Assembly (NCBI GenBank): GCA_964016885.1
Contig: OZ024742.1
Span: 205,902,001 to 205,966,000, forward strand
DNA: 64,000 bases
Source of the DNA: Eledone cirrhosa
Lineage: Eukaryota
Direction: 5' to 3'
Part shown: one piece after another, positions 51,105 through 64,000 of the stretch
Layout of the letters: each line of letters begins with the position of its first letter
Position numbering within the stretch: position 1 is the stretch's first letter
Made by a program: the position numbers and the translations under genes
Notes under the pieces: generated by a model
Database searches by the model: none
Told to the model about the DNA's origin: nothing
What the model saw: the letters and a program-made list of their open reading frames with translations, nothing else

Positions 51105-52518
51105 GGAAGATGATTCTATTAGTAGAAATGGAGGAGGGAGTTGCGTGTGTGTGGGGTGCGGTGTGTGTGTGTGTGTGTGGGGGTTATGTGTGTGTGTATG
51201 TGTCTGTTTGGATGGTTAGCATGTTATGGTGTTGACATAATGTATATTAAACCATATTTAATGCTGGTATATATTTTTGAATAAACATATTTTCCTTATT
51301 TATTCGTATTTGTTCTGTTGAATTGTCAGCGCAAAGGTAAAATGGAAAGACTTGGAATTTGGGTGTCTTATTACTTGCGCATATGTCTAGATGTGCACTT
51401 AGTGGTATCTGTCTCGTGGTTGGATCTCGTAATTTGTTGGCGATGAACTGTCATTCTGTTTCTGAGTGTGAGTTTAGTTTGTCCTATATAATCTTCATTG
51501 CATCCTTTACATTTAATGGCATAAATTAGATTTTTTGATGAGCAAGTGAACTGATTTTTTACAGCAAAATTTTGTCCTGGTTGAAATGTATACGTGTTGC
51601 CTTCAATGAGGTGAGTGCAGGTTCCACAATTAGGGCGACCACATTTTTTGACAGTTGGTTGTGGGTTTGTGGTAGGTAATTTGGCATTGGTGAGTAATGT
51701 TTTCAGTGATTTCGGTTGTCTTTTGCTTTTGATTATTTATTGTGTTTCAAGGGCTTTTTTCATTCTTGGGTCTTGTTTCAGTAGTGGGATGTTCTTGTGA
51801 ATAGTGATGTAAGCTTCCGCATTTCTTGGGTTGTGTGTTGAGATATATTGGACGTACTTTGAATTTGTTTCTGTTTTCGTAATTACTCAATGCCTATTGT
51901 TTTAGCCCTTTCTATTCCATTATTGGTGGGTACTGTTTTAGCCCTTTCTATTCCATTAATGGTGGGTACTGTCTTTCAAGTAGAATTTCCTTTAATTCTT
52001 GAAGTCTTTTATTTCGCATTTCATAATTGGAGACAATTGTGCAAATTCTTCTTGCTAGGTTAAAATGAATGTTCGTCTTCGTGTGCTTTGGATGGTTGGA
52101 GGTGAATAGCAGGTATTGTTTGGAATCTGTTGGTTTGTAGTGTATGTCAGTTTCAATATTTGTGTTTTTTTTTTAGATTAAGATGTCCAGAAATGGGAGT
52201 TGTTCTTGTGAATTTGATGTGGTTATTGATGCCGTTAACTAAATTTTTGAAATCACTCAGTTGGTCGAGTGTGTGGGACCAAAGAATGAGACAATCATCC
52301 AAGTAGCGTTTCCAATTCTTTGATAAATATTTGTGGAAGTTCAATCCGTATTTTGATTTGGACTGTTCATATATCTGGACTGCTAAGTATGCCATGACTA
52401 AGTTGGCATAAGTTGGAGCGGCTTTTGTACCCATCGCAGTCCCTGATATTTGCTTGTAAGTACTGCCATCGAAATCAAAAAAGTTGTTCTGTAAGATAAA
52501 TTTTAATCCCTCGGTGAT
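50460..52518 (-). mobile_element. Degenerate Neptune-like Penelope element (family C)
   Basis: RT QISGTAMGTKAAPTYANL...WKRYLDD; linker CGRPNCGTC; GIY-YIG NLIYAIKCKGCNEDYIGQT (~51480-51540). The 3' UTR has (CA)n and a ~295-bp-offset direct repeat. Confidence 0.85.
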
Positions 52519-53125
52519 TATATATATATATTGTCAAGTCACTCTTGAGTGCTACTGGTAACATGTAACCCAGTACAACCTGTCACATGGTCGGGTCGTT
52601 GACAACTAAACCAGCAACCCCACCAAGTTTACTTGGTGAGGAGGAGGATTTTGGACACCCTGCAGGTCAAAAAACAAAACCTGACAAAGGGTGGAAGAAC
52701 TCATAAGAGTCAACAGCCATCGAAAAGTGTGTAAATATGTATATACACATGTACATGTGTGTGTATATGTATATGTGTATATGCATGGGTGCATGTGAAT
52801 GTATATGCACAGGGACATAGAAATAGTCGGGCTGCACATAAATGGTATAGATATTTCCTCAAATCAAAAAGAGTCACCTTCATTCTGATCAGGAAAACAG
52901 TCAGACAAATATCTATGAAGAGGAATATATGTCTTTTCTACTTTTGGGGTTATAGCTACTGTCGCTCAGAGAGTGGGATTGGCTCAGTGCACCGTCTTTC
53001 CACATTTTAAAAAATATCTTCATGCACAAGCATTGCACAATAGAATTAATTAATAATTATTAATAATGGTATATTGTGCAATGACTATACTCGATAACGA
53101 GGGGGCAGCCATCATATATATATAG

Positions 53126-53316
53126 TAATAATTGTTTCTACTTTAGGCACAAGGCCAGCAATTACTCAGTACATTACTGGTACTTTATTTTATCGACCCC
53201 GTAAGGATGAAAGGCAAAGTTAACCTCGGCGGGATTTGAACTCAGATCGTTAAGGGACGTAACTCTTTGCTGGAAAGCATGGCGTCCGACCCTCTACCGA
53301 TACTGCCAATCCACCT
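53126..53316 (-). mobile_element. SINE S1 copy (young-looking)
   Basis: Full reverse-complement S1 unit within (TA)n. Confidence 0.85.
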
Positions 53317-53326
53317 ATATATATAG

Positions 53327-53505
53327 TAATAATAATAATAAATGTGAAGACTAAATTCTGAAGAGGACTTGACAATGATAATATATATATAAAAATATAT
53401 AAAACCATAGAGCAAATATTTATTAAAATAACAGATTAAAGTTTAAGCAAAGAATCGCAGCTTTCACCCTTAACAGGATCTTCTGAAACTCAGAAGATCC
53501 CGTTG
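53327..53505 (-). mobile_element. PLE family A terminal fragment with hammerhead-like motif (53440-53490)
   Basis: Matches 22110-22269. Confidence 0.8.
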
Positions 53506-53796
53506 TTATTTCTTTTACATACATATATTTTAATTAATATATATAAATATATATATTTTTTTTGTTTTGCAAGGTTTTTGATATGAAATCGTGTGTCGAA
53601 ACAAATATTGTTATACTTGAGGAGGGTCATATTGTTGAAATAATATTGCCAGAAATAATAACAGAACACACACACTGTTTAGTTGGTTTTCGCTTCTGCA
53701 TCTTTTATATCTCCATAGTTAATTTATTTGGCAATCAATGTTTATCATTGACTGACCAACGGTTAAAAATAAAGATTTAAATATATATATAAAGTC

Positions 53797-53840
53797 TAAC
53801 AAAGTTCTTTCGTTGCACATCTGCAACATCATCAGTGGTA
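53797..53840 (-). ncRNA. Type I hammerhead motif in a ~145-bp fold-back insert (53791-53935)
   Basis: TACCA CTGATGA T GTTGCA GATG TGCAAC GAAA GAAC TT TGTTA, with a perfect 6-bp stem II. Confidence 0.7.
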
Positions 53841-54125
53841 TTATTATCATGTTTCCTCCTATTCTGTTGTGTTTCCGCCATTTTTATTTGGCGTAAACAC
53901 AACACAATAGAAGGAAACATGATAATAATACCACTATATAATACTATATATATATATTTATATCTGTATTTTTAACCGTTGGTCAGTCAATGATAAACAT
54001 TGATTGCCAAATAAATTAACTATGGAGATATAAAAGATACAGAAGCGAAAACCAACTAAACAGTGAGTGTGTTCTGTTATTATTTCTGGTAATATTATTA
54101 TAACAATATGACCCTCTTCAAGTAT

Positions 54126-54171
<46 letters not shown>

Positions 54172-54172
<1 letters not shown>

Positions 54173-54460
54173 AAAACGAAGAATCAGTGATGCATCGAAA
54201 CACAATTTATTAACATATTACAATTGTTTCTCTGGCGACCAGCTCGAGGTACGATCTATTTGTGGATTGAACCTGACTCTGGATTCGCAAGTTCCTCAGA
54301 TACATCTAGTGACTTTGAAGCAAATCCTCTGTCTGAGGAACTTGCGAATCCAGGGTCAGGTTCGGTCCACAAATAGATCGTACCTCGAGCTGGTCGCCGG
54401 AGAAACAATTGTAATACGTTAATAAATTGTGTTTCGATGCATCACTGATTCTTCGTTTTC
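54172..54460. mobile_element. (TA)n-flanked fold-back element with a long-stem-II hammerhead in each arm
   Basis: Arms 54172-54300 and 54332-54460. CTGAGGA...62 nt...GAAACAATTGTA...AATAAA on both strands. Confidence 0.75.
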
Positions 54461-56295
54461 CATATTATTATACTCTGTTCTGGAGGAGCTCAACTGGCAT
54501 ACCACCTATTGATGCATCTAAGCAACCATACTACATATATATATATATAATAATAAGGGGCAGGAATGAAGTATCAATATAGCATCACTATGTTTATTCA
54601 TGTTATACACCAATAAATTATGCACACACATGCATATATTTATATACACATTCTGAAGTTTGCAGTCTACTTTGTCTGAATCAAGGTATCATCATCATCA
54701 TCATCGTTTAACGTCCATTTTCCATGCTAGCATGGATAAGACATCTAAGTTGTAGAATTAAAGTTTTAATCACTTCAATAATCGATTAGATATACACTAC
54801 AATTATTGAGCATTCTTATGAAGTTCTTGAGAATAATTGATATACATTATACCTATTCTCTCTCCCTTACACACACACATATATACTCTCTCTCCCTCAC
54901 ACATACACTCACTCTCTCTTACTATATATATATAATAATAACTCTGAGAATACATGTCTAAACACCATTTTAATACGGCTTTGAAAAAAAAAAGCAAATA
55001 CACTTAGAGTTATTATAGTTAAGTGTCTTTACCAGAAAAACTATTGCAAGTGAAGCAATATCAAATATTAACCCTCTAGGGGCTTGGTTAGAACTCAGAC
55101 AGCTGTGACTCTATACACATACAAATTGCTGACAATAGAAAAATCCATTGATAATGCAAATGTGTTAAAAATTATGCTCAGTTATTTAGAGTTGGTAGAA
55201 ATTGCTGGATTATCTCAAATTTTTTTTCTTACTCCATCAAAGATGCAATCACTTTAAAATGTTTGCTTCTCTCATATTTATTGTTTTATCCATAAACAAT
55301 CTCCCTCACCACCTTGCTTTCCTGCTTGTCTTTGATGGTATTTATCTTATCTAAAGATATTGCTGATCAATAAGACCTGGAAAATATTGAAAATACAAAA
55401 TGATTGCTAAATTTATTATGGTTTGCAAATACATAATAGTTTGCTTGTTTGGAAATGCATATTAATACAGAACAAATACCTTTTTGAAAGGTAGCTTCAA
55501 ATTAAGTGTAACAAATTATTGATTTAACGGGAATTTCTGAAAACTATTGAAATAAAAAAGAAAAAGAAAGAAGAATTAAGAAGAATACAGAAAAAAGAGA
55601 ATATTCTTTATCAGCAGAAATATAACTGAATAATTCATGTACATTTTACTTCATATTTCTTTAACACAATGTCTTTCTTGTCCTTCTGCACTAACACCAT
55701 TTCTATTATACCCTAACCTTTACTCTTCTTTTCCTGATTATTCATCTTGTCTTCTATCTGTGCTATTTTATTTTACAATCTTTATTTCCTCCAAATATTC
55801 AAACCTCTCTCTTTCTCGTATCCACTTTGCTTGTTTTAGTTTTCATACCGTTCATTCTTTCCCTTCATTTCCACCATGTGAAATATTAAGAGAAAAAAGC
55901 AAAAAAAAAACTGTTGCTCTAATTTATTAAAAAAAAATGCCAGGGGAAATATTTAGAAACTCTATGCAACCATGAATGCAACATGTATTGTATGGTGGGA
56001 GTTAAAGAATATTTGAATAATTACCATGTACCTTAAATCTATCTGGTGGAAATTCTTATCATGATCAATAGAAGATAACCATAAGTATATTAAATATCTA
56101 ATTATAGAGGAATGGCAGAGGCTAAATAACTTAAAGCATTTTGTTTTGTCTTTCTACATAATATATTCAAAACTCTTCAGAATTGCCTTTGTCTTTCTTT
56201 TGTTCAATGTTGAATCAACTAACCAAAACTGGTTTTTGCCTTTAAATATTGGATTTTTGTGCATCATAAAAAGAAATATATAATTGTAAAGTAAC

Positions 56296-56411
56296 ATCAT
56301 CATCATCATCATCATCATCGTTTAACGTCCGTGTTCCATGCTTGCATGGGTTTGGACGGGAGTTTTCCCACTTGAGGCAAGAGTGGTTGTCTTGCTCGCA
56401 TAGGACTGTCT
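56296..56411 (-). mobile_element. RTE-tailed SINE 3' fragment
   Basis: Reverse complement of 44048-44158. Confidence 0.8.
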
Positions 56412-57612
56412 GAAAAAGGTTTGTGATATTCATTTGAAATATTTATCCCCGTGGGAGAGCAATAACTTAGTCTGAAGTTTGAGAGTTTTAGTTCCTAGTC
56501 GAGAATGCTCAGACTTAGTGCAACTCTACTTTCTTTTCCAACAGTAGATTGTGGTATTTGGCTTCTATTTTTAATGTGCCATATGATCATACAAAGTCTC
56601 CCTTCTTGACCTGTTAAATATTAATGTGGTTTTATTAATGTTCATTATTTATCATCACAGAACAACATTAAAAACTGAATTTAATTGAATATTTGTATTC
56701 ATATGGGTTGTATTCTTGGTAGCAGTTAGTGCTGGATTTACCATTGTGCTTAGATGTGCTTAAGCGCAGGGCTCCTTTGGCCAGGGGAATGCCCATCTTC
56801 CTGCAAAAAACTTGTTTTACCTCTTTCAGGGCCCAATCAAGGAGCTTCATAACTTAACTAGCACAGGGCTTCATTTATCCTAAATCAGGCACTGGTAACA
56901 GCTTATAAATTTGTTCTAGACTTTGCTTTAAACATTGCAGCATATGGAGAAGACATCATGAGTGAAAGTTGTCAAATGTTCCACTAATAGGATAGATTGG
57001 TTAGCAGAATTAAAATTGGTTCTCTGGATTCTGAGTTTAAATCCCACCTTGAATGCTAATGGATCCATATAAAATGTGTTTATGTATCACAAAGATACAT
57101 TTAATTTGTGAGTATTTTAAGCTGTGACTATATTACAGTTATTTCAGTTTGAGATTGAGAGCATATATAACATATATTTCAGAGTTTTATTCTTTGTCAG
57201 TACTTGCTTGCTTGAGTCTAGATACCAAGGTATGGAAAACAGTAAAAATATAGATTTTTGGAAACAAACTATTTTTGTTGAAAGCTTATTTATATATAGT
57301 GCAAGTTTGACAGGCTGGTATTAGTTAGCAATAGATAGCACTAACATGGTGTGATTCAGAACAAAGGCATATATGGCCACATATACAATATGTTTATGCA
57401 TAATAAACATATCTTTAGTCTCCTTGTGAGTAATGTTACTCTTCATCAGTAGTAACAGAATTTGGAAATATTTTTTGTGAAAAATGGAAAAAGTTTTTTT
57501 CTTTACATAAAGCAACAATATCCGAATGACACTATTCCTTGTGAGTGCATTGAAGAAATCTATAATATAGTTGACCAAAACAGTATATTAGAGTCAAGAC
57601 ACCAGAAAACAC

Positions 57613-59098
57613 ATTTTTACATGTTTTTATTTACAACCGAATACAACAGTTAAGCAGGCATGCGGTTCAAAAAGATACAAACAAAATTAAGAACCAAGAA
57701 GTAAGAAAGGTGCTGTGCCTGGCCTAAGGAGGCCAACAGGCCAAAGTGAAAATCTCACCATTACATAATAGTGTGTTTTCCTTTCCACAATTAAAGCACC
57801 AACTGAGATAGTATTACCCAAAGTAGCGGGAAAATCTTTGTTTGGGCGGAAGTTGGTATATATATTCATGCGCGGCTTATGATTGGCCTGACTTAGCCAG
57901 ATCACACGCGAATAGCTTATCAATACGCCAAAAGCAAGCAGCATCGTTACAATACTCCTTGGACGATAAATAAGAAAAAAGTGAATTAGGACAGGTCAGC
58001 AGTATGAAAACACTGAAAAAGAGCACATCAATGAAAAAAAATGAATGCAAGAAAAAAATTGTGAATGAGGCTCTAAGGGGCCAGTGTTATGTATGCCGAT
58101 GTGTCAAATGACTAGCTGTTTGCTATTTATAACGTGACCTCCCGGGATCTAATAGAAAACAAATAAAGTCTGACATGGACGAAAAATGTGCGAAATGTTT
58201 TTAAAGTTGCTGTTCTTGCATTGTTTATAGCTGTAGTTGTGGTAAATGTTTTACCAGAGCTGATGTCAATGATGATGCTGTTCATGGTAAGTAGTTAATC
58301 AGAGCTGTTGTCAATGATGATGCTGTTCATGGTAAGGGGTTTACCAGAGCTGTTGTCAATGATGATGCTGTTCATGGTAAGTGGTTTACCAGAGCTGTTG
58401 TCAATGTTGCTGCTGCTGAAGAGGAAGTTGTCGGCCATGTTGCTGTTGATGTCGGTACCGGAAGCCATTTTGAAAAAAACATTTTCTTGAGTTGAAATAC
58501 TACTAATAATTTTTTTTTTTAAAGGAATGTTTCCTACGGCGGTTTCACCAATTTTTAGTAGAAAAATAATATTATGCCATGTTGGCATAATATTAATAAG
58601 AAAGTTTATTTATTGCCATGTTGGCACAATAAGAATATTGCGTGTTGTTTTTAGAACACGAGGAGTTTTGCTAGAGGAGTATTGTTAGAAATGTAACATA
58701 TATTATGTGTGAGAGAAGTGAATGTTTGTTGAAGTAGTTGTAAGTCTTTGATAATATTTTTACATGTTTTTATTTTTATTTACAATTGAATACAACAGTT
58801 AAGCAGGCATGCCATTCAAAAAGATACAAACAAAATTAAGAACCAAGAAGTAAGAAAGGTGCTCTGCCTGGCCTAAGGAGGCCAACAGGCCAAAGTGAAA
58901 ATCTCACCGTTACATAATAGTGTGTTTTCCTTTCTGCAATTAAAACAGCAACTGAGATAGTATTACCCAAAGTAGCGGGAAAATCTTTGTTTGGCGGAAG
59001 TTGGAATATATATTCGTGCGCGGCTTATGATTGGCCTGACTTAGCCAGATCACACGTGAATAGCTTATCAATACGCCAAAAGCAAGTAGCATCGCCAC
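57613..59098 (-). mobile_element. Small non-autonomous LTR-like element (direct repeats ~57613-57951 and ~58757-59098)
   Basis: Highly similar ~340-bp direct repeats starting TGT on the minus strand, each with AATAAA. A purine-rich aaggagtat precedes the downstream repeat. No gag/pol. Confidence 0.6.
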
Positions 59099-61997
59099 AC
59101 ATTGGTTTCAACTACGAATAGAATAGATTTGTCAATAGCAAGAAGGCAAAGTTTTTCTATATATCAATTTGAATATTTTGAAGAGTAGAAAAAGTAGTAA
59201 ATTTCTTGTTTATTGACCTATGAATTTTTTCTTAAAATTTCTTTTTAAAAGTAGAAATTTTAAGGGACTTAAGAGAAAGGAACAATGGCATCAGATGTTA
59301 TTTTGTGGTCTTGAATACAATAACCAAATAAATTGATTTGCTGTGAATCTTTTTATATTTTTTAATGAATCTATATTCAACTTAGTTTCTCCTCATCATG
59401 CATAGAAACTTACAATCTTTCATATTTATGGAATAATCTATATATATAAAACAGAAGGTGTCTGTCTGTCTGTGTAATCATATGCATTTCTACATTTTAC
59501 AACCGATTTGCACCAAATTTCATACATAGGTTTCTGAAGTCCTATTACGCGTTATAGGCTATTTTAATTTTCCATACATCGATTGTGCCCCCCCCCCCCC
59601 CGGAACAGATAACCCCCTTAAGCCTCTCGCTTGGAGTCAGCAGTACTGCTGCATAAAGGCCCCATAATTTCTGCAGTTTGCCTCCCATCTTCACCAAAAT
59701 TAATCTTTTGTTTTGCTTATGGCCTACAAATAAATTTGCAGGCATGCACTTGCGCATAAATTGGGGTAGGGGACCTCTTGGAGGGCAGTAAACCGACTTG
59801 ATGAATGTTGAAGTTGATATCATCAATGCAACAAAACGTCATAACTGCTTGAGTTGGTGTTTGGTTTTCACGAAGCGAAACGTATTGGTTACTCATGGCT
59901 TATAAAGGAAGATGAACACATGAAATTTTACTTGAACTTATCAAGGAGACTCCTGGGTAGGGGGGGGGGGGAGGTAGTAAGCCCCTTCGACTTATCTATT
60001 GAAGTTCACATTAACATTGTATTAGTACCTGATAACTTTTGAAGTTTACGTTCGATTTTAACTTTACCGGGCGCATTGGTTACCCATTGCCTAAAGATGA
60101 TGTTGAAGACACTGTCTATACCCAGAACAAGCAAGGGGACCCCCAGGGTGCAGTAAGCCCTGGCAAGTCATTTATTGTATTTGGCTACTGTAATGCAGCA
60201 AAGCGTCATAGCTTCGACAATTGGTAGTCCAATAAAATGAATTTCGACTTAGTTGTTATTCATGTACTATAGATGAAGATACAGTGAGACACATTTACTT
60301 TCATTTCAATTCAGCAAGAGGACCCCTTTGGGGACAATGAGCCCAATTCATTAAGCTATACAAGTTCAAACTGCCACAATAAAAAAGCACCATAACCTCG
60401 GGAGTTTATACTTGATTCTTACAAAAACTAAACAAAATGGTTATTGCAAGGGAACGCCCTAGGGAGGACAGTGAGCCCCTTTGGACCACTTTTAAAGTTC
60501 ATATTATGGTTGCAGCAAAGCATTTCAACTTCTGGAAATAAAAGTCAATTTAAACAAAAGTTGACGCATCGATCCTACAAATGGAGTAGCGAATTTTTAA
60601 ATCCCCCTGACTTAACTTTAGTTTGTTTAGTTAACTTTAGGATGATTGAATTTAATTTTGCACCCAGTTGTCTCCCCTGTGTAATTGCACCACAATTAAG
60701 TGCGGAATGGGGAGTTAAATTTTTTTCCTTGAACTTTGGCATCATTTCACACTCCTAACCAAGAAAGCGCGATTTAACCCAGGTGTAAATTTTAACGCCT
60801 ACTGTATGTGGATTGTGCTATTTCCCACTCATGCCTAAACTGTGCGAACAATTGATTAGTTTTTGCACCCAGTTAATTGCACCTCAATTAAGTGCAAAAT
60901 GGCGACCTCTGGCTAACCACACACCAGTGAGTTGTGTTCAGTAGATTTCATCACACTTATTTGTATTATCTAACCAATCAGACAACTCGAGTGTTGTTTA
61001 TTGAGCGAAATCACTCCTATTTATATCGGTCAAGTCCGACCTAGGATCACACTTCTTTTTTGGCTTTTGACAAGTGGTAGGTTTTTTTTACATACATACT
61101 AATTGAAATGGTTTCTGAAACGCATGCTTCTTCAACATTTATCACCTTAAATGAGGTTTAGTTAATGTGTTTATGGTCATAAGGTTTCAGTTTATCATGC
61201 TGTGATTTTTCGGCCATTTTTGCCTGTATCATTTCAATGATTAGTACTTACTTATTGCTATGTTCGAACTGAACAAACATAGTGACACTTATATACCTAC
61301 CACTGTAGCCACACTATTTAATTTCCTTTATCACAGGTAGTCTGTACGCTGTGTTGCCCCTAACTTAAAACCTGAAATTTGATTGGTACACAAAATCTTG
61401 CAAAACATACTCACTTTCTCAGACCACATAGATTTATCATTTTTGCACAATTTATATTTGTCTTTAGATTTGCTTACTTAAACGTCATTTGTCCACTATT
61501 TATCGTTCTCCCTGGTTAATTTTCTAAAAACAAAGCCCCCCAAGAAAAGAACTTTCATTGGTTGATTATCTAATGATGCAAGTAGGTCTAAGAGAAGGTG
61601 TCTCACCAAAGATGTAAATGCGACTACGATCAGGCTCTCACAGAATGCTGTGCAGACGGCAGCTGCTCGTGCTTGAGGGGATGAAGGCTGTTCGATGAAG
61701 CAGGGACGCTGCTGCAACATTCGCTGCTCACGTGCGAGAGGATGAAGGACAACGCGCCATTCGATGAAGCAGGGATGCCACTGCAACATTCGCTGCTCGC
61801 GGTCGAGAGGATGAAATACGACGCGCCGCATCGAAATACTGCTGCTGGACGAAATACTGAAAGCATAGAGCAATGACATGGCCGACTTCTGCAAAGTGAA
61901 CAGCGGTGATCATCGTTATGTGGCATTTCTAGGACTTGCAATTCACGATGGTTGTTGAAGGCCTTTAACTACGACCCCTCCTCCGACTACGCTGTGC

Positions 61998-62520
61998 TTG
62001 CCTGGAAACTTGCACGTTTACAAGACCCTTGACTCTATGGCTGATCCGGATGAAGTTGTTAATTACCCCACAGAATTTCTTAACTCCCTAGACCCTCCCG
62101 GATTGCCACCACACTTACTGCGACTTAAGAAAGGTGCCTTGTCATACTCCTCAGGAATTTGGAACCCCGAAGGCTTTCCAACGGCATGCGTCTGGTCATC
62201 CAAAAGGCGATGCCTCATGTTATTGAGGCAACAATACTTACAGGATGTAGTAAGAGAGATACTCTCTTCATACCAAGGATACCTCTCATTCCATCCAGTA
62301 AAGACATTGCTTTCACATTCAGAAGGCTGCAATTCCCTCTTTGGCTCAGTTTCGCCATGTCAGACGCTGACGGTCATAGAAGAATCGTAGAAAAACCGTG
62401 CTTCTCCCATGGTCAACTATATGTTGGCTGCTCTCGAGTGGGGAGCCGACATAACCTATTTGCTTTTGCAACTCGCGAGAAAACCCAAAAGTATTGTAGG
62501 CACCCTCTCCGCCAACAAGT
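61998..62520 (+). pseudogene. PIF1-like Helitron helicase C-terminal fragment (frameshifted)
   Basis: [63 protein letters not shown]. Confidence 0.9.
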
Positions 62521-62768
62521 AATCGCTGTTTTTTTTGTATAAGTGCTTACATTTGCTGTATACGTGTGCTATTTTTGTCCCTTTGACAATACCATGTACA
62601 CCTCTGAGGTTGCTGTGGCTATACGTTATAAATGTTAAATGTCTCCGTTTTCCACATTTATATGTTGCTATTACGCTTTCCTATCGATGTTCCATAGTTT
62701 TAGCCTAATTAATCTACTTTTCCCTACATCTTATTTACACATTTTTTTGACATTCCAGCATGATCTTG

Positions 62769-63067
62769 CTAAGGCCGTTTTTGTGGCCACCGACTGTTAC
62801 ATGCTTTTCTAGGTTACAATCTCAAATAACAAGCAAAGCAAATATGACACACCAAAGTGGTGTGAAGGACTTCTTAAGGGCCACCACCTCTAATCGGAGT
62901 CGGCTTTGCTGGCAGCACCGCTGCTGAGACTTTTAAGAGTGAACAATCCAAGGCTCTCTTCAGGGCCACCAACTTTAAATTGTTACCATCGGATTCGTCT
63001 TTGCTGGCAGCACCGACGCAGAGACATTTCAAAATGAACGTTCAAAGACCCTCTTTAGGGCCAACAC
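62769..63067 (+). promoter_or_regulatory. Four histone-mRNA-type 3' stem-loop motifs downstream of the Helitron helicase
   Basis: AA-GGCCGT-TTTT-GTGGCC-ACC (62773), AA-GGACTT-CTTA-AGGGCC-ACCA (62867), CCAA-GGCTCT-CTTC-AGGGCC-ACCA (62952), CAAA-GACCCT-CTTT-AGGGCC-AAC (63047). Confidence 0.6.
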
Positions 63068-64000
63068 CTATAAATTGTTACTTCTATAGTCGTGTTTAAT
63101 GGAAGTCTTTTGGTTCATTTGAACGACTACTCCATTGAGAGTTATACCGGTCAACGCCGGGTACCTCTGCTAGTTTTATATAAATTGACTATACACTGAT
63201 TATTACAGTCAAGCTTTAACATTCTTTAAAAACAACAATTATCTGCAAAGCCTTGACTACACATACTCCTTCTTTCCTCTGTTTTCATTCAAAACACTAA
63301 CTATATATTGCCATTTAATTTTTAGTCAATTTAAACTTCAGAATTTACTCTTGTCCTTCATAAAAATTCATTAACACTAACGATTCTTTTTTTCATTAAG
63401 GGTGTAATTTCAATAGATAAACACAATTCTGTTTTAGCACACTACTTTAAGTATGTTAGCTTCCATTCAACTTAATATACAAGAGCTCAAACTGAACATA
63501 AGCCACATTAATCTTACACATTTATACAATCTTTCTGTTAAGTGAGGCTTGAAAAAGTTATTGATACCTTAGACTAATAAAACAAAACCTCTATAAATTA
63601 TTACTGGGGTTGAGATGGGATACTAACAAAACATTGAAAAACACAAATAAAAGGTAATAAAAGGATGATGATGATGATGGTGGTGGTGGCAAGGTAGTGA
63701 ATTAGGAGGAAGTAGATGCTATTTTTATACATTGTTAATTTTTCTCATCTATAAAGTAATTGACTCATCAATTGATTAACTCCTGAAATAAATTTGGTAA
63801 ATGGTTGTTTTAAATTGAAAATTAACTGCCAGATTTTAACATATTGCTATAAATAAATCTATTCAGAATTGCATGTTAAGTTAAATATCTCGATTTCAAT
63901 GTAGGTAAAAGGAAAAATTACATAAAGAATATCAAACAAACAAAATCACCACCTGTACAACCACCAACTAATCACCATGCCAGCACCACCACCACTACCA

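Larger units (their letters stand above)
59437..63173 (+). mobile_element. Internally deleted Helitron H5
   Basis: A|TCTATATATATAAAAC start, accggtcaacgccgggt hairpin, CTAG|T end; RepHel N-terminal and helicase remnants. Confidence 0.9.

Overview
AT-rich, microsatellite-dense animal genomic DNA; the repeat repertoire resembles a cephalopod (Octopus-like) genome, which is inference. No host protein-coding gene can be supported. The window is almost entirely mobile DNA: an intact-ORF RTE-clade LINE (45008-48127) with a PHD-like zinc finger inside its RT, several decayed RTE copies and RTE-tailed SINEs, a Tx1/L1-type fragment, three distinct Penelope-like elements (RT + C-terminal GIY-YIG), and many short fold-back or direct-repeat elements embedded in (TA)n tracts. 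Several of these carry type I hammerhead-ribozyme motifs, some with non-canonical cores. There are also five Helitrons, a Chapaev3-type DNA transposon with TTA target duplication, a small LTR-like element, a 3.3 kb 38-bp minisatellite and an 840-bp inverted duplication. The most unexpected signal is that two different Helitrons carry clusters of motifs matching the replication-dependent histone mRNA 3' stem-loop, in Helitron sense, in their 3' halves.
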